Shown here in pieces: positions 57,015 to 64,000 of a DNA stretch of 64,000 bases; positions within the stretch are counted from its first letter, which is position 1, and each line of letters starts with the position of its first letter. A program made the translations under genes and the position numbers. Source of the DNA: an uncultured Actinomycetes bacterium (GTDB lineage Bacteria > Actinomycetota > Thermoleophilia > UBA2241); assembly GCA_963764225.1 (NCBI GenBank), contig CAVXRL010000004.1, forward strand, positions 273,909-337,908, given 5' to 3'. The notes beneath the pieces were generated by a model that saw nothing but the letters and a program-made list of their open reading frames with translations, was not told where the DNA came from and did not search any database.

Positions 57015-58562
57015 GTGATCAGAACGACCAACCAGCTCGCGCTCTCCACGCTCGTCTTCCTCGCCGGCATCGGCTCGATGGCCACGGAGATCTGCGCCTC
57101 ACGGCTGCTCGCGCCGTACTACGGCTCGTCCACCGTCGTGTGGGCCAACATCATCGGGCTCATCCTGGCGTCACTGTCGGTGGGCTACTGGCTCGGCGGA
57201 CGCGTCGCGGACAAGCACCCCTCGCCGCAGCTGCTGTCCGTCATCGTCCTCGCGGCGGCCGCGTGGGTGGCCGCGATCCCGTTCGTGGCGCGGCCGTTCC
57301 TCGATCTCTCGATCAAGGGCATCGAGACCATCTCCACCGGCGCGGTGGTGGGCTCGTTCGCCGCGTCGCTGGCGCTGTTCGCGCCGCCCGTCGTGCTCCT
57401 GGGGATGGTCACGCCCTTCGCCATCCGCCTGGCCGCCACGGGCGTGGCGGACGCCGGCCGCGTGGCGGGGCGCATCTTCGCCCTCTCCACGGCCGGCAGC
57501 CTCATCGGCACCTTCGTGCCCGCACTCATCACCATCCCGCTCATCGGCACGCAGCGCACGCTCATCGGCGCGGCGCTCATCATCGCTCTCGCGGCCGTGC
57601 CGCTGCTGGTGGGCCGGCGGCTCGCCTACGGCCTCGTGGTCGCCGCCGTCCTGGCCGCCCTGCTGGCGCTGCCCCCGGGCGTCGTCAAGGCGCAGCCGGG
57701 GCTGCTGCACGAAGAGGAGTCGCGCTACCAGTTCATCCAGGTGGTGCAGGATGGCGAGGCCCGCTACCTGTACCTCAACGAGGGGTACGCCGTCCACTCC
57801 GTCTGGCGGCCGGACACCGTGCTCACCGGCGGCGAGTGGGACATGTTCCTCACTGCGCCGCCGCTGCTGGGCCGACCGGCGGCGCGCGTGACCACGCTCG
57901 GCAACGCCGCCGGCACCACTGCCCGCGCCTTCGGCGTCTACTACCCCGAGGCGCGCATCGACGGCGTGGAGCTCGACCCGGCGGTCACCGCCGTCGGGCG
58001 GCGCTGGTTCGGCCTCGACGACAATCCTCGGCTCACCGTGCACACGGCGGACGCGCGTCCGTACCTGGCGGCCTCGGACGCGCGCTATGACCTCATCCTC
58101 ATCGACGCCTACCGGCAGCCCTACGTGCCGTTCTACCTGGCCACGCGCGAGTTCTTCCGGCTTTGCCGGCAACGGCTCGCGCCCGGCGGCATCGTCTGCC
58201 TCAACGTGTCCACCGTCCCCGGCGACGACCGTCTGGCGGAGGGCATCGCCGGCACCCTCCGCACGGAGTTCCCGCAGGTCCTCACCTGGCAGGCGCTGCG
58301 CTTCAACCAGTTCGTCGTGGGCCTCACGGCGCCGCTCTCGCGGGCCCAGGTGCGCGCCCGCCTGGCCACGGCGCCGGCCGACCTCCTGCCCGACACCCGG
58401 CTGTTCGCCGCCGAGTACCGGGAGGCCGGGCCCGCGGCGACGCCGTGGACGGACGACCTCTGCCCGGTGGAGTGGGTCACCGACCGCATGATCGCGGCCT
58501 ACGCCATCCGCGGCGAGGCCGCTCCCGAGGACCTCCTCCCCACGGCGCCCACCTCACCGTAG
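57015..58562 (+). CDS. Fused membrane (MFS-like)/spermidine synthase protein
   Basis: N-terminal TMs (RLLAPYYGSS), ESRYQ, VELDP.V, DAR, IDAY, WTDD. Confidence 0.85.
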   Translation: MIRTTNQLALSTLVFLAGIGSMATEICASRLLAPYYGSSTVVWANIIGLILASLSVGYWLGGRVADKHPSPQLLSVIVLAAAAWVAAIPFVARPFLDLSIKGIETISTGAVVGSFAASLALFAPPVVLLGMVTPFAIRLAATGVADAGRVAGRIFALSTAGSLIGTFVPALITIPLIGTQRTLIGAALIIALAAVPLLVGRRLAYGLVVAAVLAALLALPPGVVKAQPGLLHEEESRYQFIQVVQDGEARYLYLNEGYAVHSVWRPDTVLTGGEWDMFLTAPPLLGRPAARVTTLGNAAGTTARAFGVYYPEARIDGVELDPAVTAVGRRWFGLDDNPRLTVHTADARPYLAASDARYDLILIDAYRQPYVPFYLATREFFRLCRQRLAPGGIVCLNVSTVPGDDRLAEGIAGTLRTEFPQVLTWQALRFNQFVVGLTAPLSRAQVRARLATAPADLLPDTRLFAAEYREAGPAATPWTDDLCPVEWVTDRMIAAYAIRGEAAPEDLLPTAPTSP

Positions 58563-58719
58563 AGCGGCTCGCACTCCTGCTTCCCAGACTCGACGGCCGC
58601 CTCGGACGAGCTCTGCGGGCAGTCCTCTCGGGGTTTAGCGCCACCCCCTCCCGGAAAGGTAAACGCACACAGCACGCAGGGGCCGACCGCTGCCTGCATC
58701 TCCAGTCGAGGAGGCGCGT

Positions 58720-59079
58720 ATGGAGGACAAGCCGCAGTTCCGCGTCGACTACGAGGCGACGGACGCCGAGGTGGGCGTGGTCATCCTCGAGGGTGAGATC
58801 GACATCTACTCCGCGCCGGAATTCAAAGAGGTGCTGGTCAACGGCATCGAGGGCGGCGCGAAGCGGGTGATCGTCGACCTCTCCGGGGTCACGTTCATCG
58901 ATTCCACAGCGCTCGGTGTGCTCGTCAGCGGCGCGAAGCGGGTGCGGCCCCGCAACGGCAATCTCGACATCGTGTGCACCGACGAGAACATCATCCGCAT
59001 CTTCGAGATCACCGGCCTCGACCGCATCTTCGGGATCTTCCCCAGCAGGGGCGAGGCACTCAAGGCGGCGTCCGCCTGA
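58720..59079 (+). CDS. STAS-domain anti-sigma factor antagonist (RsbV/BldG-like)
   Basis: GEIDIYSAP, VDLSGVTFIDSTALGVLV, IFEITGL. Confidence 0.9.
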   Translation: MEDKPQFRVDYEATDAEVGVVILEGEIDIYSAPEFKEVLVNGIEGGAKRVIVDLSGVTFIDSTALGVLVSGAKRVRPRNGNLDIVCTDENIIRIFEITGLDRIFGIFPSRGEALKAASA

Positions 59080-59152
59080 GAGAGGGGACGCCGAAGCACG
59101 AGCGGTTGGCGGAGCGCTCGAAGGTCACGGGGCGGCCGCCGGGGGCGAAGAG

Positions 59153-59530
59153 ATGGAGTTCCCCAAGACAAGAGCACTACGGGGCAGGACACTCCAGCAC
59201 GTGGCCGACGCCATGCTGAAGACCAAGACATATGGAGTGGGACGAATCTGTATGGTCGACGGTTGCGGGACGCGTCTCTCGGCCTACAACCCGTCACGAG
59301 TGTGCGCGCTGCACGGCGGCTCGTGGGAAGAGGAATACCATCGCACCACCCGCAAGGCCACGCACCGTGAGGAGATCGTGCGCCGTTGCGCGTTCGAGCA
59401 GTGCAGCCGGGAGTTCACGACCACCAACCCCGCCAAGAAGTACTGCAGCGACGCCTGCCGGATGAAGGCCTTCCAGGCCCGCGTCATGGAGACCAGGCAC
59501 ACGGGAGACGCTCTCCCGCGAGCAAGCTGA
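59153..59530 (+). CDS. Small double zinc-finger protein
   Basis: C-x4-C-x12-C-x2-H and C-x4-C...YCSDACR motifs. Confidence 0.65.
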   Translation: MEFPKTRALRGRTLQHVADAMLKTKTYGVGRICMVDGCGTRLSAYNPSRVCALHGGSWEEEYHRTTRKATHREEIVRRCAFEQCSREFTTTNPAKKYCSDACRMKAFQARVMETRHTGDALPRAS

Positions 59531-59624
59531 GGCGCCGTACTTCACCGCCGCCGCCTCCGGCAGAGCGACCGGCCGCGGCCGGCACACTCGCGGCCTGCTG
59601 GTCCTTCCGCCCGGACCGCACGCC

Positions 59625-60062
59625 CTAGCCTGCGAGCGTGCGGAACGCGGGTGGGATCACGGGCCGCCCGCTCATCACGCTCTGCACGGCCGCCTCGATG
59701 CTCTCGTACACGGGCACGATGTTGGGCAGGCCGACCACGCCCAGGACCTTGCGCACCTGCCCCATGGGCCGCACCAGCAGCAGTTCCCGGCTCTTGGCGC
59801 GCTGCGCGGCCGAGAGCCGCACGAGGAACCCGATGAAGCTCGAGTCGACGAAGGTGGTGTGCTCGAGGTCGATCACCAGGTGATCCTGGTGATACAGCGG
59901 TCCCAGCGTGCGTCGCAGGAACCGGTCGATCTCGGGCACGGTGTCCAGGTCGAACTCACCCTCCAGCTCGAGTATGGGCGGCCCGTCGTCGCGGACGGCG
60001 GAGAGACGCAGGCGGACTCCGCGGGCGGCCTGCTCATACGGCTGGACGATGCGACGGACCAC
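59625..60062 (-). CDS. STAS-domain anti-sigma factor antagonist
   Basis: LEGEFD, IDLEHTTFVDSSFIG. GGAGG RBS before GTG 60062. Confidence 0.82.
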   Translation of the reverse strand: MVRRIVQPYEQAARGVRLRLSAVRDDGPPILELEGEFDLDTVPEIDRFLRRTLGPLYHQDHLVIDLEHTTFVDSSFIGFLVRLSAAQRAKSRELLLVRPMGQVRKVLGVVGLPNIVPVYESIEAAVQSVMSGRPVIPPAFRTLAG

Positions 60063-60352
60063 GGCGCTACCTCCCCCGGCAGGCACGGCGAGGCCGGAGA
60101 ACCACATCCGGTCCTGCTGTGCGGTGATGGTGACATCGGCGCGCCCCGGGCGGGGCGCGTGGTCGACCCTAGGACTTCGACCCGCACAAGTAAAGGTCTT
60201 GTCGGGGAGGTTCGAGAGGTTCTCGCGTCAGGCTCTAGGCAAGCCTGAACGACGAGGGGTTCTCTCCCGAGTCGGTCGATGCTGCCTCAGGCGCAGGTCG
60301 AGAGTCTTCTGCGGCCGCCGCACGGCGGCGTGGCCGCCAGGGACGCCGCCTC

Positions 60353-61321
60353 TCAGGCCTCGTCGGCGCGAGCCAGCGCCTTGAGCTTCTTGTACTGCGG
60401 CTCGCGCTCCTTGAGCAGGGTCAGGATCGGGCTCGCGACGAAGATGGACGAGTAGGCCCCGGAGAGGATGCCGACCAGCAGGGCGAAGGCGAAGTCCCCC
60501 AGGGTGACCCCGCCGAAGAGCAGCAGGCACACCACCGGCAGCAGGGTGGTCAGCGACGTGTTGAACGAGCGCGTCAGCGTCTCCCAGATAGAGAGGTTGA
60601 CCATGGCGCCGTACGGGATGCGGTTGAACCGAGGTTCGTTCTCGCGGATACGGTCGTAGATGATGACCGTGTCGTAGAGCGAGTAGCCGAGGATGGTGAG
60701 CACCGCGGCGATGGTGGCCGTGGTGACCTCCCTGCCGGTGAGCGAGTACACGCCGACGACGATGAGCAGGTCGTGGATCTCCGCCGAGATGGCGCCGATG
60801 GCGAACTTCCACTGGAACCGGAACGTGACGTAGATGAGGATGAGCACCAGGGCGAGCGCCACGGCCTTGAGCGACGAGCTCACGACCTGCTTGCCGAACG
60901 AGGCACTCACCGTCTCGAGGTTCCAGACCTCCTTGCCGTCCGCCGACGCGAGGGTGAACTTGTCGGCGAGCTCCTTCTTCAGCGCCGCCTGCTGGTCGGC
61001 GCCGAGCACCGGCGTCTGGATCTGGAAGCCCTGCTTGCCGGAGTTGGCGACGTTGGCCGTCTGCTGGATCTGCGCGCCTCCGTAGCCCGCCTGGGCCACC
61101 GCGGCGCGCACCTCGGCGAGCGTCGGGCTCTGCTCGAAGGCGACCGAGATACGGGTGCCTTCTTTGAACTCGAGGCCGTAGTTGAGGCCGTCGACCGGGT
61201 TGCCGCCGCCCTTGATGAACAGGCTGGCGAGGCCGGCGATGATGATGATGCCGGAGATGGCGAACCACCACTTCTTGTGGCCCATGTAGTCGAACGACCA
61301 GATGCCGCGGAAGAACTTCAC
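60353..61321 (-). CDS. secF: Protein translocase subunit SecF
   Basis: GLEFKEG, HD, LTILGYSLYDTVIIYDRIRE, GAYSSIFVA. Confidence 0.95.
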   Translation of the reverse strand: MKFFRGIWSFDYMGHKKWWFAISGIIIIAGLASLFIKGGGNPVDGLNYGLEFKEGTRISVAFEQSPTLAEVRAAVAQAGYGGAQIQQTANVANSGKQGFQIQTPVLGADQQAALKKELADKFTLASADGKEVWNLETVSASFGKQVVSSSLKAVALALVLILIYVTFRFQWKFAIGAISAEIHDLLIVVGVYSLTGREVTTATIAAVLTILGYSLYDTVIIYDRIRENEPRFNRIPYGAMVNLSIWETLTRSFNTSLTTLLPVVCLLLFGGVTLGDFAFALLVGILSGAYSSIFVASPILTLLKEREPQYKKLKALARADEA

Positions 61322-61325
61322 GTGC

Positions 61326-63035
61326 TCACCTGCGCTTCTTGCGCTTGCGGTTGGGAGTGGACGTGCGGCGGCCGCCCTGGCCGCGCGGAGCCGCGGCCGC
61401 GGAGGACGACGCGGAGGCGCTCTCGGTGGCGGGCGCCGGAGCGGCTTCGCCCGCGGCGCCGCGACGCCTGCGCGACGCTGTGATGCGCGAGTCGCCCATC
61501 ATGGCGGTCTCGATGTCGACCTGACCGGCCTTGACGCCCATGAGCGACGGCTTGTTGAAGAAGGCGAACCCGGCGAGCACGCCGAGCATGGCGCGCGTGA
61601 AGAGCACGGCGGTGAGCATGCTGACGATGACGCCGACGATGAGCGTGAAGGCGAAGCCCTTGGGGCCGGCGGTGGCGAACAGGAACAGCACCAGCGCCGT
61701 GAGCATGGTGAGCACGTTGGCGTCGAGGATGGTCTTGAAGCCGCGCGTGTACCCCGAATTGACGGCGGAGCGCACCGTCTTGCCGCGGCGCACCTCCTCC
61801 TTGATCCGCTCGAAGATGACGACGTTGGCGTCGGCGGCCACACCGATGGTGAGGATCATGCCGGCGATGCCGGGCAGCGTGAGCGTGACCGGGATGAGGT
61901 TGAACAGCCCCCAGAGCAGGATGGCGTACACGATGAGCGCGAGGTCGGCCACGAGCCCGAGGAAGCGATAGTAGAGCAGCATGTAGAGCAGCACGAGGCC
62001 GAGACCGATGAGGCCGGCGACGAGACCCTCGTTGAGGGAGTCCTTGCCGAGGGTGGCGGAGACCTCCTGCTGGTAGGCGGTCTCGAGCTTGACCGGCAGG
62101 GCGCCGGTGTTGAGCACGAGCGCCAGGTCTTTGGACTCGCCCACCGTCATGTTGCCGCCGCTGATGATCGCGGCGCCGCCGCTGATGCCGTCGCGCAGCG
62201 TCGGGTCGGTGTAGTCGATCATCGGGTCCGACTCCATGACGTTGTCGAGCACGATGGCGAAGGTCTGCGGCGTCTGCTTGAGCAGGCCGGTGCGGTAGAG
62301 CTCGCGAGTGATCTCCTGGAATTTCTGGCTGCCCTCGCTCGTGAAGTCCATGGTGACCTGGGGCTTGCCGTCCTGGCCGAAGCCCGCGTTGGCGCTCTTG
62401 ACCGCCGCACCGGTCATGGCAGGCGGGAGCTTGTAGACGTACCAGGCCTCGGCCGTGCCGTCGACCTCGCTGGCGGGCTGGACGACCAGCGCGTACTTGT
62501 CCGAGTTGCCCTCGGTGGTGAGCATGTCGATCTCGGCCTTCGTGGCGCCCTGGCGCTTGAGCTCCTTGAGCGCTGCCTCCTTGGTCGCGACCGGGCCGAC
62601 CAGGCGCGAGGACGGGTCGTCCTTGAAGAACTGCAGCTGGGCCGTCTTGCCGATGACCTTGAGCGCCTGCTCGGAGTTGGTGATGCCGGGCAGGGCCACG
62701 GAGATCTGGTCGGTGCCCTGCTTCTGGATCTGCGACTCGGTGACGCCCAGGCCGTTGACGCGCTTGTCGAGGATGGAGACCGCCAGGTCGAGCTGCGACT
62801 GGGTCGGCGCCTTACCGTCCGACGTCTTGGCCTGGTAGACGATCTGCAGGCCACCCTGGAGGTCGAGGCCGAGGCGGGTCTTGGTGCTCGGAGGGACGAT
62901 CCAGTACACGGAGACGGCGACGAGCACGGCCATCATCGTGAGGATGAGCCAGTTGTTGCGGCGCGCGAAGGCGCCGTACATGGCCACCGCGATGGCGGCC
63001 ACCCAGATGCCCCAGGTGATGTACTGCTGCGTCAC
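61326..63035 (-). CDS. secD: Protein translocase subunit SecD
   Basis: LGLDLQGG, RVNGLGV, GALPV, TLPGIAG, DANVVIFERIKEE. Confidence 0.95.
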   Translation of the reverse strand: MTQQYITWGIWVAAIAVAMYGAFARRNNWLILTMMAVLVAVSVYWIVPPSTKTRLGLDLQGGLQIVYQAKTSDGKAPTQSQLDLAVSILDKRVNGLGVTESQIQKQGTDQISVALPGITNSEQALKVIGKTAQLQFFKDDPSSRLVGPVATKEAALKELKRQGATKAEIDMLTTEGNSDKYALVVQPASEVDGTAEAWYVYKLPPAMTGAAVKSANAGFGQDGKPQVTMDFTSEGSQKFQEITRELYRTGLLKQTPQTFAIVLDNVMESDPMIDYTDPTLRDGISGGAAIISGGNMTVGESKDLALVLNTGALPVKLETAYQQEVSATLGKDSLNEGLVAGLIGLGLVLLYMLLYYRFLGLVADLALIVYAILLWGLFNLIPVTLTLPGIAGMILTIGVAADANVVIFERIKEEVRRGKTVRSAVNSGYTRGFKTILDANVLTMLTALVLFLFATAGPKGFAFTLIVGVIVSMLTAVLFTRAMLGVLAGFAFFNKPSLMGVKAGQVDIETAMMGDSRITASRRRRGAAGEAAPAPATESASASSSAAAAPRGQGGRRTSTPNRKRKKRR

Positions 63036-63154
63036 GAGAAGTCCATGTCCTCAGGTTGAGTGACAACGGCGGTAGAGCGTACCGGACCCACAGGTGCGCC
63101 GCAACTGCGCGCGCAGAGGGAAACGCTCGAACGCTCGGGCAGGTTCAGATCGCC

Positions 63155-64000
63155 TCAGCGGTCCTTGAGGAAGCTCGGGATGTCGAGAACGTCGTCGTCG
63201 ACGTCGAACTTGGGCTTGCTCTCTTCGGCGAACAGCGCGGTGCCCCTGGACTCGCGCTCCGGAGCGGCCTCCTGCTGCGCCGGCTGCTGGACGGGCACCT
63301 CGCGGTCGAAGCCGGTGGCGATCACCGTCACGCGCACCTCGTCGCCGAGCGACGGGTCGATGACGGCGCCGAAGATGATGTTGGATTCGGCGTCGGCGGC
63401 GCTGCTGATGATCTCCGCCGCCTCGTTGATCTCGAAGAGCCCGAGGTCGTTGCCGCCGGTGATGTTGAGCAGGATGCCGCGGGCGCCCTCCACGCTGGCC
63501 TCGAGAAGCGGCGAGCTGACCGCCGCCCGCGCCGCCTCGACGGCGCGGTTCTCGCCGCCGGCCACGCCGATACCCATGAGCGCCGAGCCGGCGTCCTTCA
63601 TGATGGTGCGCACGTCGGCGAAGTCGAGGTTGATGAGGCCGGGGACCGTGATGAGGTCGGTGATGCCCTGGACACCCTGGCGCAGGACGTCGTCGGCGAC
63701 CTTGAAGGCCTCGATGACCGACGTGCGCCGCTCGACCACCTGCAACAGGCGGTCGTTCGGGATGACGATGAGCGTGTCGACCTTGTCGCGCAGGCTCTGG
63801 ATGCCGTCCGATGCCTGGCGGGCGCGGCGCTTGCCCTCGAAGGCGAACGGCCGCGTGACCACGCCGACCGTGAGCGCCGAGAGCTCCTTGGCGAGCTCGG
63901 CGATGACGGGAGCGGCCCCCGTGCCGGTGCCGCCGCCCTTGCCGGCCGTGACGAACACCATGTCCGCGCCCTTGAGCGCGTCGCGCAGCTCGTCCTTGCT
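63155..64000 (-). CDS. ftsZ: Cell division protein FtsZ (5' part outside the window)
   Basis: [23 protein letters not shown]-terminal LDIPSFLK. Confidence 0.96.
   Translation of the reverse strand, partial: SKDELRDALKGADMVFVTAGKGGGTGTGAAPVIAELAKELSALTVGVVTRPFAFEGKRRARQASDGIQSLRDKVDTLIVIPNDRLLQVVERRTSVIEAFKVADDVLRQGVQGITDLITVPGLINLDFADVRTIMKDAGSALMGIGVAGGENRAVEAARAAVSSPLLEASVEGARGILLNITGGNDLGLFEINEAAEIISSAADAESNIIFGAVIDPSLGDEVRVTVIATGFDREVPVQQPAQQEAAPERESRGTALFAEESKPKFDVDDDVLDIPSFLKDR

Overview
Very GC-rich bacterial chromosome segment. Gene content and order (carD, hrcA-dnaJ without grpE/dnaK, murJ, STAS anti-sigma antagonists) suggest an actinomycete-related lineage, possibly Thermoleophilia (inference). 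The right two-thirds (24.7-64 kb) is mostly a minus-strand housekeeping backbone: ftsZ, secDF, leuS, comEA/comEC, holA, rpsT, carD, murJ, lepA, hemW, hrcA, dnaJ, prmA, mtaB, HIT, yqeY, phoH, ybeY, dgkA, cdd, era, deoC, hisI, plus tRNA-Ala(GGC). The left third is accessory. (i) A pyrogallol hydroxytransferase (transhydroxylase) operon is bracketed by two inverted 129-bp non-coding elements with identical symmetric box geometry (10-14-10-22-17-22-10-14-10) but unrelated spacers. (ii) A mazEF-like pair has a degenerate toxin. (iii) Downstream of tRNA-Leu(CAA) lies an 8-gene dlt-like envelope acylation cluster: Fe-S flavoprotein, carrier protein, DltX-like FRYVGF peptide, non-amino-acid-type adenylation enzyme, MBOAT and three SGNH/DltD-like paralogs. 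A 4x53-bp tandem repeat between HIT and yqeY reads as a chain of stop/start-overlapping mini-ORFs. Several single-base insertions (bthL, hemW, ABC ATPase, comEC) look like sequencing or assembly errors and create false fusions in the ORF track. Family assignments come from motif recognition and recalled sequences, not database searches.
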